Source of the DNA: a virus
Lineage: Duplodnaviria > Heunggongvirae > Uroviricota > Caudoviricetes
IMG/VR virus record: IMGVR_UViG_2693429774_000016
Reading direction: 5' to 3' (one strand)
DNA: 10,951 bases
In this document: piece after piece, positions 1 to 8,911 of the stretch
Position numbering within the stretch: the stretch's first letter is position 1
Layout: every line of letters begins with the position of its first letter
Position numbers and translations under genes: made by a program
The notes under the pieces: model-generated
Database searches by the model: none
Told to the model about the DNA's origin: nothing
The model's input: the letters and a program-made list of their open reading frames with translations, nothing else

Positions 1-180
1 GCTTATATTCCTACAGGGATTGCTTATGCTATCTGGTCAGGAGTCGGTATTGTCCTGATTAGCTTACTATCATGGGGATTTTTCGGCCAACGGTTGGACC
101 TGCCAGCCATTATAGGCATGATGTTGATTTGTGCCGGTGTGTTGGTTATTAATTTATTGTCACGAAGCACGCCACATTAA
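1..180 (+). CDS. emrE: SMR-family multidrug efflux transporter EmrE, C-terminal 59 codons (5' end lies outside the window)
   Basis: Frame 1 translation [59 protein letters not shown] ends at TAA 178-180 and matches the C-terminus of E. coli EmrE as I recall it, with one conservative I/V difference. Recalled sequence, not a database hit. Confidence 0.9.
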   Translation, partial: AYIPTGIAYAIWSGVGIVLISLLSWGFFGQRLDLPAIIGMMLICAGVLVINLLSRSTPH

Positions 181-210
181 AAATAATTTGTTTTTAAACG
201 ACTAAAATAT

Positions 211-255
211 GGAGGCTCGTATATTTATATGGGCCTCGTTTTATGCTTTTTGTTA
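211..255 (+). terminator. Weak candidate intrinsic terminator downstream of emrE
   Basis: Short GAGGC (212-216) / GCCTC (233-237) stem with an AT-rich loop, followed by a T-rich stretch GTTTTATGCTTTTTG. The stem is only 5 bp, so this is tentative. Confidence 0.25.
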
Positions 256-435
256 ATGTCTTTAGTTTTTATTCATTCTTTTGTGCTTTCAAGATTATGG
301 TGTAAGAAAATTGCAATACGATTATTGTTGTATATTCAAGATAATGTGACCTTAATTGTCTTTTTAAATAAAAATTAAACAAAAATCATATCTCACCACT
401 AAGGTTTATAAAAGCATACTTTAGCAGGTGTCACC

Positions 436-1962
436 ATGAAAAAAGCCATAGCATATATGCGATTTTCATCACCAAGTCAGATGTCTGGTGATTCATTAAA
501 CCGCCAGAGAAGGCTTATTACTGAATGGCTAAAGGTAAATAGTGATTATTACCTTGATACCGTAACGTATGAAGATTTGGGGTTAAGCGCATTCAATGGA
601 AAGCATGCACAATCAGGAGCTTTTTCGGAATTTTTAGATGCTATAGAACATGGTTATATATTGCCAGGGACTACATTGTTAGTTGAAAGTCTGGACAGAC
701 TTTCAAGAGAAAAAGTCGGTGAGGCGATTGAGCGTCTGAAATTGATTTTGAATCACGGTATTGATGTTATAACTCTTTGCGATAATACAGTCTATAATAT
801 TGACTCATTGAATGAGCCATATTCATTAATAAAAGCCATACTTATAGCACAAAGGGCAAATGAAGAAAGCGAGATAAAGTCAAGTCGGGTTAAATTATCA
901 TGGAAGAAAAAACGGCAGGATGCACTGGAGTCAGGCACGATTATGACGGCGTCTTGTCCGAGATGGCTCTCATTGGATGACAAAAGAACGGCTTTTGTTC
1001 CAGACCCCGACAGGGTGAAAACTATTGAGCTAATTTTTAAACTCAGGATGGAAAGGCGCTCATTGAATGCAATAGCCAAGTATTTAAATGATCATGCTGT
1101 AAAGAATTTCTCAGGAAAAGAAAGTGCATGGGGACCTTCTGTAATTGAAAAATCATTAGCGAATAAAGCTCTGATAGGTATATGCGTACCTTCATATCGT
1201 GCAAGAGGTAAAGGAATAAGTGAAATCGCTGGCTATTATCCCAGAGTCATATCAGATGATTTGTTTTACGCTGTGCAGGAAATTCGGTTGGCACCTTTTG
1301 GTATTAGCAATAGTAGCAAAAATCCTATGTTGATAAATCTACTTCGAACAGTTATGAAGTGCGAGGCTTGTGGTAATACCATGATTGTTCATGCGGTATC
1401 TGGAAGTTTGCATGGCTATTATGTTTGTCCGATGAGAAGACTGCATCGATGTGACAGACCATCAATAAAGAGAGATTTGGTTGATTATAATATCATTAAT
1501 GAGTTGCTTTTTAATTGTAGTAAAATCCAACCAGTTGAAAACAAGAAAGATGCTAATGAAACTTTAGAGTTGAAAATTATTGAGCTCCAGATGAAAATTA
1601 ATAATTTAATTGCTGCATTATCTGTTGCGCCTGAAGTTACCGCTATAGCAGAAAAAATCAGAGTATTAGATAAGGAATTACGAAGGGCTTCTGTATCATT
1701 AAAAACTTTGAAGAGTAAAGCGGTGAGTTCACTTGGTGATTTTCATGCTATTGACTTAACCAGTAAAAATGGGCGAGAGCTATGTCGTACACTTGCCTAT
1801 AAAACATTCGAAAAAATCATAATCAATACAGATAATAAAACCTGTGATATCTATTTTATGAATGGCATTGTTTTTAAACACTATCCTTTAATGAAAACAA
1901 TATCCGCCCAGCAGGCGATAAGTACTCTCAAATATATGGTTGATGGTGAGGTTTATTTTTGA
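436..1962 (+). CDS. ybcK: Large serine recombinase (resolvase/invertase-type catalytic domain plus zinc-ribbon recombinase domain); likely prophage integrase/recombinase
   Basis: 508-aa ORF with SD AGGTG 5 nt upstream of the ATG. N-terminus YMRFSSPSQ fits the serine-recombinase catalytic-Ser motif. A Cys-x2-Cys ... Cys-x6-Cys segment (CEACGNT...YYVCPMRRLHRCD) is typical of the zinc ribbon of large serine recombinases, followed by a coiled-coil-like region. Size and position directly after emrE match the K-12 DLP12 gene ybcK; the symbol is from memory. Confidence 0.85.
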   Translation: MKKAIAYMRFSSPSQMSGDSLNRQRRLITEWLKVNSDYYLDTVTYEDLGLSAFNGKHAQSGAFSEFLDAIEHGYILPGTTLLVESLDRLSREKVGEAIERLKLILNHGIDVITLCDNTVYNIDSLNEPYSLIKAILIAQRANEESEIKSSRVKLSWKKKRQDALESGTIMTASCPRWLSLDDKRTAFVPDPDRVKTIELIFKLRMERRSLNAIAKYLNDHAVKNFSGKESAWGPSVIEKSLANKALIGICVPSYRARGKGISEIAGYYPRVISDDLFYAVQEIRLAPFGISNSSKNPMLINLLRTVMKCEACGNTMIVHAVSGSLHGYYVCPMRRLHRCDRPSIKRDLVDYNIINELLFNCSKIQPVENKKDANETLELKIIELQMKINNLIAALSVAPEVTAIAEKIRVLDKELRRASVSLKTLKSKAVSSLGDFHAIDLTSKNGRELCRTLAYKTFEKIIINTDNKTCDIYFMNGIVFKHYPLMKTISAQQAISTLKYMVDGEVYF

Positions 1963-2073
1963 GTAATAATCACTTTTTCAACCGTGCTATAGTAAGAAAG
2001 TTAGGTAAGTACAATAAAATTATCTATCCTGAACGAAGCGTCCTGAGCTATGGTTTTACTATAGGGACTGCCA

Positions 2074-2373
2074 ATGGATGCTGGCGTTCTCGTTCTAGCA
2101 GTTCAACAATACCCAATCACAAAACAATTCACTGATAACAAACTTTGTGCACGTGCTTGGTTATGGCGAGCAGGTGATGTGATGTTAACTGCCTGCCAGA
2201 ACGTTACTCCACTACTTCAGGTTGCGGAGCACCGCGAAGCCGGCCGCTTTACTTCTATCGAGCAAGAATATCCCCAGATACTCAACAGAGCGCGAGCAAT
2301 CCTCGCCAGAGAAACGGCACATGTAAAATTCCAGCCGTGGCTGGATGATAAGTGGAGTCGAGTGTTACCATAA
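2074..2373 (+). CDS. Hypothetical protein (99 aa), unknown function; possibly phage cargo or a gene remnant
   Basis: ORF with a GGGA-type weak RBS and a good stem-loop plus T-run terminator 45 nt downstream. No family recognised from the sequence. Confidence 0.45.
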   Translation: MDAGVLVLAVQQYPITKQFTDNKLCARAWLWRAGDVMLTACQNVTPLLQVAEHREAGRFTSIEQEYPQILNRARAILARETAHVKFQPWLDDKWSRVLP

Positions 2374-2416
2374 TTCCGTCAGAATCTGTTCCAATAAAGT
2401 CACTAGTTAGAAATAC

Positions 2417-2456
2417 TGCCAGCATTCTACGATGACGGAAGTGCTGGCATTTTTTG
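2417..2456 (+). terminator. Rho-independent terminator candidate
   Basis: TGCCAGCA (2417-2424) pairs perfectly with TGCTGGCA (2442-2449), with extra TTC/GAA pairing inside, followed by TTTTTT at 2451-2456. Confidence 0.55.
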
Positions 2457-2631
2457 GGTAATATGCGAGTCCATTTCATAAAATACGGGTGCTGTAAACT
2501 GGACGATATAATCTAAAATATACCATTACCAGTAGCGTTCAAATCGCTATGTGCCGATACGGATAAAATTATATTGATTGTGCACATACCTTATTGGATA
2601 TTACTGAGGGGTATTTATATAAGGTGTAACG

Positions 2632-3141
2632 ATGATGTGGAACTTTGACAGTGCCGACTTAAGTGCAATAGCAGCAGGTATTTCTGCGTTTGGCACATTA
2701 GCCGCAGCGGGGTCGGCGCTTGCAAGTTGGTACACGTCAAAAAAAGCGCTGCAGCTACAAAATAGAGTTTACCTTTATGAGTCTTTAAAGGCTTGCGCTG
2801 AGAGAGCCAATTCATCAGCTAAAGATAAGCGCGGATCTGAATGGAGCGTTAATGATGCAGCGGATATCATCAGGTGCCTAGTACGGGCGATGGAGATCAT
2901 CAAGCAGGATAGCCAGCAGAAAGAAGGTAATCAGGCATTAATGTTGAAACAGTACTTTGTTAATCTGCTAATAATGGAACTGTACGAGGAAGTTCATAAC
3001 GGTGATGCGGCTGATTCTGTTTTTAAAAGTACGGAACCTACACAAGTACTTGATAACTTATGGAGCAAATGGCAGGAGGCTATAGCTTTTTTTGATATTT
3101 GGAATTACCCAGTTGCGACTGAGGAAGACTTGGCAGACTAA
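2632..3141 (+). CDS. Hypothetical protein (169 aa) with an N-terminal hydrophobic, probably membrane-spanning segment and an acidic helical C-terminal domain; unknown function
   Basis: SD AAGGTG 5 nt upstream of ATG 2632. Residues ~10-35 (LSAIAAGISAFGTLAAAGSALASWY) form a hydrophobic helix. No recognisable family. The K-12 DLP12 neighbours ybcL and ybcM, as I recall them, are not here. Confidence 0.6.
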   Translation: MMWNFDSADLSAIAAGISAFGTLAAAGSALASWYTSKKALQLQNRVYLYESLKACAERANSSAKDKRGSEWSVNDAADIIRCLVRAMEIIKQDSQQKEGNQALMLKQYFVNLLIMELYEEVHNGDAADSVFKSTEPTQVLDNLWSKWQEAIAFFDIWNYPVATEEDLAD

Positions 3142-3335
3142 TTTTCAGCACATTTGATTTCCAATAATCAACCAGCCATAATCATGCCATTGGGGCCTGA
3201 ACAACTCCGGTGACTTCTGCGCTAAACGGGGACGTTTATGCGCACATACAATCCAACCTCTCTTCTCCATTCACAGATGCAGAAATGCACCTGCGATATT
3301 TTGCATCCAGCGTTTGATCTCTGCGGAGGTGAAGC

Positions 3336-3590
3336 GTGAACCTCCCACAAGATGGTATCAAATTGCATCGCGGTAACTTCACCGCTATCGGTCGGCAGAT
3401 CCAGCCTTATCTGGAGGACGGCAAATGCTTTCGCATGGTGCTTAAACCGTGGCGCGAGAGACGCAGTCTTTCCCAGAATGCACTCAGCCACATGTGGTAC
3501 AGCGAAATCAGTGAATACCTCATCAGCAAGGGTAAAACGTTCGCCACTCCAGCTTGGGTATCCGCACCGGCGGGCGCGTGCTGGCGGTAA
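3336..3590 (+). pseudogene. ybcN: NinB/YbcN-family protein, 5' fragment, truncated by fusion to tail-fibre DNA
   Basis: GTG start with GGAGG 8 nt upstream. The first ~73 codons contain WRERRSLSQNALSHMWYSEISEY, resembling the conserved RSLDQN...W core of lambda NinB and the recalled K-12 YbcN. Homology ends at about 3552 and the reading frame runs into J-like sequence. Confidence 0.55.
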
Positions 3591-4537
3591 ACAGCCAGAC
3601 CCGGACGCTGACGCTCGACCGTGAAATCACGCTGCCATCTTCCGGCACCACGCTGATAAGCCTGGTTGACGGGCAGGGGAGTCCGGTCAGCGTGGAGGTT
3701 CAGTCCGTCACCGACGGCGTGAAGGTGAAAGTGAGCCGTGTTCCTGACGGCGTTGCTGAATACAGCGTATGGGGGCTGAAGCTGCCGACGTTGCGCCAGC
3801 GCCTGTTCCGCTGCGTGAGTATCCGTGAGAACGACGACGGCACGTATGCCATCACCGCCGTGCAGCATGTACCGGAAAAAGAGGCCATCGTGGATATTGA
3901 GAACACCCCTGACGGCATGCAGAGTCAGGTGCTGCTGGCGGCGGACAGGATTGCGATGGTTAATCCTGCGAATGGCAACACAAAACCGATGTTTGTTGGT
4001 CAGGGCGATCAGATATTCATGAACGACGTGTTCCTGAAACGCCTGACGGCCCCCACCATTACCAGCGGTGGAAATCCACCGGCATTTTCCCTGACACCGG
4101 ACGGAAAGCTGACCGCTAAAAATGCGGATATCAGTGGCAGTGTGAATGCGAACGCCGGGACGCTCAACAATGTCACGGTAAATGAAAACTGTACGATTAA
4201 GGGCATGCTGGAGGCGACTCAGGTCAGAGGTGACTTCGTTAAAGCTGTATCCAAATCATTCCCGAAACAGGCTGGTACGTGGGGTAATACGGAAACACCA
4301 AACGGGACGGTTACAGTCACCATCAGCGATGATCATAACTTTGACCGTCAAATCATTATTCCGCCCATTATCTTTAACGGAATAGCGTATAGCGATCCGG
4401 GAAGTGGTAATATTGGTGCTCATACGCACTCCGTTGCGATTGGCTCACATGGACACACCATCACCGTTAACGCTGCTGGTAACGCGGAAAACACCGTCAA
4501 AAACATCGCATTTAACTACATTGTGAGGCTTGCATAA
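3554..4537 (+). CDS. Lambda J-like host-specificity / tail-tip protein fragment: central segment plus C-terminal region with internal deletion and a divergent C-terminal tip; likely a remnant
   Basis: Translation contains [22 protein letters not shown]...[18 protein letters not shown]...[35 protein letters not shown] and later [56 protein letters not shown]. Both match lambda J segments as I recall them, but the intervening J sequence is missing and the last ~60 residues differ. No genuine N-terminus: the ORF begins at a TTG just after the ninB-like junction. Confidence 0.7.
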   Translation: MGIRTGGRVLAVNSQTRTLTLDREITLPSSGTTLISLVDGQGSPVSVEVQSVTDGVKVKVSRVPDGVAEYSVWGLKLPTLRQRLFRCVSIRENDDGTYAITAVQHVPEKEAIVDIENTPDGMQSQVLLAADRIAMVNPANGNTKPMFVGQGDQIFMNDVFLKRLTAPTITSGGNPPAFSLTPDGKLTAKNADISGSVNANAGTLNNVTVNENCTIKGMLEATQVRGDFVKAVSKSFPKQAGTWGNTETPNGTVTVTISDDHNFDRQIIIPPIIFNGIAYSDPGSGNIGAHTHSVAIGSHGHTITVNAAGNAENTVKNIAFNYIVRLA

Positions 4538-5121
4538 TGGCATTCAGAATGAGTGAACAACCACGGACCATAAAAATTTATAATCTGCTGGCCGGAACTA
4601 ATGAATTTATTGGTGAAGGTGACGCATATATTCCGCCTCATACAGGTCTGCCAGCAAACAGTACCTATATTGCACCGCCAGATATTCCGGTAGGCTTCGT
4701 GGCTGTTTTCAACAGTGATGAGGCATCGTGGCATCTCGTTGAAGATCATCGGGGAAAAACCGTCTATGACGTGGCTTCCGGCGACTCGTTATTTATTTCT
4801 GAACTCGGACCTCTACCGGAAAATATCACCTGGTTATCCCCGGAAGGGGAGTTTCAGAAGTGGAACGGCACAGCCTGGGTGAAGGATACGGAAGCAGAAA
4901 AACTGTTCCGGATCCGGGAGGCGGAAGAAACAAAAAACAGCCTGATGCAGGTAGCCAGTGAGCATATTGCCCCGCTTCAGGATGCTGCAGATCTGGAAAT
5001 CGCAACGGAGGAAGAAACCTCGTTGCTTGAAGCCTGGAAGAAGTATCGGGTGTTGCTGAATCGTGTTGATACATCAACTGCACCTGATATTGAGTGGCCT
5101 GCAATCCCTGTTATGGAATAA
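4537..5121 (+). CDS. tfa: Tail fibre assembly protein (lambda Tfa family), apparently full length
   Basis: 194-aa ORF beginning [39 protein letters not shown], near-identical to recalled lambda Tfa. Its ATG overlaps the upstream stop (TAATG), the usual fibre/chaperone coupling. Confidence 0.9.
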   Translation: MAFRMSEQPRTIKIYNLLAGTNEFIGEGDAYIPPHTGLPANSTYIAPPDIPVGFVAVFNSDEASWHLVEDHRGKTVYDVASGDSLFISELGPLPENITWLSPEGEFQKWNGTAWVKDTEAEKLFRIREAEETKNSLMQVASEHIAPLQDAADLEIATEEETSLLEAWKKYRVLLNRVDTSTAPDIEWPAIPVME

Positions 5122-5240
5122 TAGTTTTGTGATATGCCGCAGAAACGTTATATGCAATAACGTGCTGCGGTTGGCTGATGTACTTTCGAGAGTGTATTGA
5201 ATAATTTCCAACCGTCATTAATTTTATTTATTTTTTGTAT

Positions 5241-5264
5241 GAGAGGATTTGAACCTCCGAGCCT
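5241..5264 (-). other. tRNA-Pro 3' fragment (T-arm relic), probable integration-site scar or module junction
   Basis: Minus-strand sequence TCGGAGGTTCAAATCCTCTC (plus 5241-5260) has a canonical T-arm (GGAGG stem, TTCAAAT loop, CCTCT). It matches the T-arm region of E. coli tRNA-Pro (proL-type) as I recall it over about 20 nt. No acceptor stem, CCA end or 5' half is present. Confidence 0.5.
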
Positions 5265-5454
5265 CGACACCTTATGACAACGCGATATTGCCTTGATGAC
5301 CGCCATGTGCCAAAATAACCAATTGATAAATAAGTTGATTTTAATTGGTTGGAAGCAAGTCAGGTCAAATTCAGCATTCCGCTCTCTGTATCGGATAGTT
5401 AAATTTTTCTATAACTGATAGTAATATGTTAAAACTCACACAGATAAATTATCA

Positions 5455-7437
5455 TTGCTCAACAAGTATAATGGAGTTCCCGTGGATACAGCAGAACATG
5501 ATGGCAAGTTTGCTTGGGCTAGTTTTTATGAGGCTTTTGCCAACGCGTTACTGACTTGGCGAAATCGTAGAGATGAATTAGTCAAAGGTATTCATCTAAT
5601 TGCCTCGGGTGTGGAAGGAATGTCCCATCTGCAGGACAAATCTATTATGGGAGAGATCTTTCCCTTAAAAGACATTTGTCCGTTTACTACTATGGGCTTG
5701 TTCAATCGTAACTTGACCGACAGCAATCGCAAAATTATTGCTGCCAAGCTAGCGAATTTGTTGGGCGTGAACGAACCGATTCCTGACTCCTTTGCCGGAA
5801 TCCCTCTGTTGAATAACCAAAAATCTTGGTTCTTTGGTTATGAAAAGTCACGCGACCCTAATGACATTGAATGCTTGTGGGAAATGTTCTCACAGGCAAT
5901 GATCTTTGCGGATAACCAGAATACTAACTCTGCAGACTTCACTGCCGCATATGACATCGCTTCTACAGTAATGAATGTCGGTTGGAATCTCACCATGGGG
6001 TTGTACTGGACCCGTCCTTGGTTCTACCCCACTTTAGATAGCCAGTCGCAGTATTACATTCAGACAGTGTTAAACATTAAGATCATTAAAAACGGGGCAA
6101 AAGGTCGCTGTAGTGGACAAAGTTACCTGAGTCTTATGCGGGCGCTGAACGAGGTCTTTACCCAACCAAACTATCCGGTTCATTCTTTCCCAGAACTTTC
6201 CTTATCAGCGTGGAATACAGATCTTAGCCAGTCTAAAGATGAGGTGGCAAATAGAACGTGGAAAGCCTCTTTACTGAATAAAATTAAGGCGTTATGCCTG
6301 AAAAAAAATGGCCCTTATTTCACTGCTTCGGAGTTGGAAGAAAACTACTTGGACGTATTCAAGGTAGAGCATCCTGAGAGCAAAACTGTTACAAGCTCAA
6401 TCTACTTTTATCTACAGAAACTATGCAATGATGATGAGTTAAAGTCCCTCGAGTCCGGAAATTATGAATACCTGAATTTTGAGAAAAACGAATCCCAGAC
6501 GATAACTGAGGAAACTGTCGAAGAGAGTGCGCTGTTGCCAAAACTCACCCACGTTCCTTATGACATCAGTCATCTGGTGCAGGATGGCTGTTTCTTGGAA
6601 GAGGCTAAGATCCAACTCACACTTCAGCGCCTGATCGACAAGAAAAACCTGATATTACAAGGACCACCCGGAACTGGAAAAACTTGGTTAGCGCGACGTC
6701 TGGCGTACTGCTTGATGGGAGAAAAAGCACCTGAGCGTATTAGCGCGGTGCAATTTCACCCGAACCTCTCTTACGAAGACTTTATTCGAGGCTGGCGTCC
6801 AGGTAAAGAAGGGCAATTGACGCTAATTGATGGACCTTTTGTAAATGCAATCAAAACTGCAGTCAATAATCCTACCTCGAAATATGTGGTGATAATTGAA
6901 GAGATTAATCGTGGCAATCCGGCGCAAATCTTCGGTGAAACACTCACGTTGATGGAAGCAGATAAACGCACGCCGACTGAGGCATTATCTCTTTCCTATC
7001 CTAAAAATGCTGATGAAAAAATATACATTCCTGAGAATCTATATATCATCGGTACGATGAATATTGCAGACCGCTCACTCGCACTACTTGACCTAGCGCT
7101 GCGCCGTCGTTTCGCGTTTATCGATCTAAAGCCAGCTTTTAATGACGCGTGGAGAAACTGGGTAAATTATAATTACGCAATTGATTTTGACATGTTAGCA
7201 TTCATCAAATCTCGACTGACGGTATTAAACGATATGCTGGCAAAAGATGTTACCTTAGGACCACAGTTTTGTATCGGTCACAGCTATGTCACCCCAGCTA
7301 TCGGCCAAAAAATCAACGATGCCCAGGCTTGGTATGAACAAGTCGTTGATACAGAGATCTGCCCTTTGCTCGCCGAATATTGGTTCGATGCTCCAAATAA
7401 AGTCGATGAAGCCAGAAAAGTGTTATTAGCAAAATGA
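5455..7437 (+). CDS. McrB-like GTPase subunit of a type IV modification-dependent restriction system, with an unrecognised ~400-aa N-terminal domain
   Basis: C-terminal ~260 aa align to recalled K-12 McrB: Walker A GPPGTGKT (6661-6684), Walker B-like VVIIEEINRGN, GTP-specificity motif MNIADRSLA, and RRRFAFIDL. The ORF begins at TTG 5455; GTG 5482 preceded by GGAG with a 5-nt spacer may be the true start. The N-terminal domain resembles nothing I recognise. Confidence 0.85.
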   Translation: MLNKYNGVPVDTAEHDGKFAWASFYEAFANALLTWRNRRDELVKGIHLIASGVEGMSHLQDKSIMGEIFPLKDICPFTTMGLFNRNLTDSNRKIIAAKLANLLGVNEPIPDSFAGIPLLNNQKSWFFGYEKSRDPNDIECLWEMFSQAMIFADNQNTNSADFTAAYDIASTVMNVGWNLTMGLYWTRPWFYPTLDSQSQYYIQTVLNIKIIKNGAKGRCSGQSYLSLMRALNEVFTQPNYPVHSFPELSLSAWNTDLSQSKDEVANRTWKASLLNKIKALCLKKNGPYFTASELEENYLDVFKVEHPESKTVTSSIYFYLQKLCNDDELKSLESGNYEYLNFEKNESQTITEETVEESALLPKLTHVPYDISHLVQDGCFLEEAKIQLTLQRLIDKKNLILQGPPGTGKTWLARRLAYCLMGEKAPERISAVQFHPNLSYEDFIRGWRPGKEGQLTLIDGPFVNAIKTAVNNPTSKYVVIIEEINRGNPAQIFGETLTLMEADKRTPTEALSLSYPKNADEKIYIPENLYIIGTMNIADRSLALLDLALRRRFAFIDLKPAFNDAWRNWVNYNYAIDFDMLAFIKSRLTVLNDMLAKDVTLGPQFCIGHSYVTPAIGQKINDAQAWYEQVVDTEICPLLAEYWFDAPNKVDEARKVLLAK

Positions 7438-8555
7438 CGACAATAACCGGGAGTGAGCAACATACAGCATCACGTATTCCCATGCGAAATATCTGGATGC
7501 TGATGCTGTACGCTTCAGATCTGTTTCGCCAGTTAGGGCGCAATCAGATCGCAGTAGAAGATAACCCAGCAGAAATCCCCGACCTGGTGGCGACAATCCT
7601 CCTTCATGAGATTACGCTGCGCCGACGTCGCAATTTAAATATGGGATACCAAACTTGTCATGCGGCCCTGAACCGGGTGAGAGGGCGCATTGACATACTG
7701 TATACTGCCAGTCATCAACTGCTGGAACGGGGACAGGTTGCCTGCCATTTTCAAGACATAACCCTCAACACCCCCCGAAATCGCTATGTTCGCTGTGCGT
7801 TAGAACGTCTGGCCTCAATCATAGTGAAACCGTCTTTGGCGGCAGATTGCCATTTTATGGCAATATCACTTCGCCGTGAGGGGATAAATGGAGGATATCC
7901 TGCCCCCCGCGAATTACCCTCAGTGTGGCGTTTTGGACGCCATGATGCCGCAGATAAACCGATGGTCGATGCCGCACGATTAGCTTTTGAACTGCTGATG
8001 CCGACCGAAGATCAAGGCCAATATCTTTTACCTGCGCCCTCAAATAACCTTTACTGGATGAGAAGACTATTTGAAAAAGGTATCGCTGGCTTATATCGTG
8101 TACACCTTGCCAAAACAACTTGGCAGGTCTCTGCAGGGAAAGAGCTGAAATGGGCGTTGAGCGATCAAAGTGCAGGTAGTGCAGAGATTTTCCCGACAAT
8201 GAAGTCAGACATTATTCTGGAACACAAGACTGCCCAGCGGCGTATTATTATCGATACCAAATTTAATTCGATTCTGACAAAGGGTTGGCATCGGGAGCAA
8301 TCACTACGTAATGGCTATATTTATCAGCTATATACCTACCTTAGAACACAGGAGAACAAGACGGATCCGCTTTCGCTCAATGCCGCTGGTCTTCTACTTC
8401 ATCCAGCTGTTGGCTATATGCTTAATGAGTATGTTGTCACTCAGGGACATAAGATCCATTTTGCTACAGTAGATATGACGGTAGATGCTAAAGCAATTAA
8501 AAAACAATTGCTGGCAATAGCCCATGATTGTGCAGGAGTCGCGGTTGATGACTAA
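7434..8555 (+). CDS. McrC-like PD-(D/E)xK endonuclease subunit of a type IV restriction system
   Basis: 373-aa ORF whose ATG overlaps the McrB-like stop (ATGA at 7434-7437). The N-terminal PMRNIWMLMLYA resembles K-12 McrC PVRNIYYMLTYAW. SDIIL ... IIIDTKF parallels McrC TDITI ... IVDAKYY, so the catalytic D ... D-x-K appears intact. Confidence 0.85.
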   Translation: MTTITGSEQHTASRIPMRNIWMLMLYASDLFRQLGRNQIAVEDNPAEIPDLVATILLHEITLRRRRNLNMGYQTCHAALNRVRGRIDILYTASHQLLERGQVACHFQDITLNTPRNRYVRCALERLASIIVKPSLAADCHFMAISLRREGINGGYPAPRELPSVWRFGRHDAADKPMVDAARLAFELLMPTEDQGQYLLPAPSNNLYWMRRLFEKGIAGLYRVHLAKTTWQVSAGKELKWALSDQSAGSAEIFPTMKSDIILEHKTAQRRIIIDTKFNSILTKGWHREQSLRNGYIYQLYTYLRTQENKTDPLSLNAAGLLLHPAVGYMLNEYVVTQGHKIHFATVDMTVDAKAIKKQLLAIAHDCAGVAVDD

Positions 8556-8911
8556 CCATCCTATAAGGCACTGGCTGTAATATAATCAATAGTTTCAATT
8601 AAGTAGCTGTTATCCGTGCTTAGTCATCATATGACGCACCACGGTCTAATTTTCCTGCTCATACATTGATATATCCTTGTCGTGCCCGGAAAGTCGCAGT
8701 CCACTATGAGGTATACCGATTGCCAGCACCAAAAGCTTCTTTGTGATTATTATATCGGGGAATGCCTATTTTTTTAGTGACAATATCAGATAGCAATTAA
8801 TAAGCGGTGCCGGTAATGGATGTTATGTTTAATGTATAGACACAGCCATCATAAACTAAACGTCTGTTGTTCGCTCATAACCGACATTTATCTCAGTTAT
8901 GGAGGATAATT

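Noticed and set aside
792-1079. 95-aa minus-strand ORF inside the serine recombinase gene
   Set aside because: It lies entirely antisense within a well-supported 508-aa CDS and has no recognisable motifs or RBS context.
2282-2815. Minus-strand ORFs 2282-2479 (65 aa) and 2615-2815 (66 aa)
   Set aside because: They overlap the 3' end and terminator of the 99-aa ORF and the start of the 169-aa ORF on the opposite strand, with low-complexity translations and no start signals. Likely chance ORFs.
3222-4749. Overlapping alternate-frame and antisense ORFs across the ninB/J/tfa block (3222-3491, 3352-3624, 3407-3868, 3700-3918, 3825-4022, 4009-4206, 4182-4385, 4516-4749)
   Set aside because: This GC-rich phage DNA generates long spurious frames. 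The sense frames carry clear NinB, J and Tfa homology, and the others are Arg/Ala/Pro-rich artefacts.
4826-5104. 92-aa minus-strand ORF inside tfa
   Set aside because: Antisense to an intact, recognisable Tfa gene.
5241-5266. Possible Pin/Gin/Hin-type invertase crossover site (GGATTTGAACC half-site)
   Set aside because: No matching inverted partner half-site exists, so the imperfect palindrome of gix/hix-type sites is absent. A tRNA-Pro T-arm explains the sequence better.
6771-8199. Minus-strand ORFs 6771-6971, 7313-7543 and 7855-8199 within the McrBC-like genes
   Set aside because: Antisense to CDSs with strong family motifs; no independent support.
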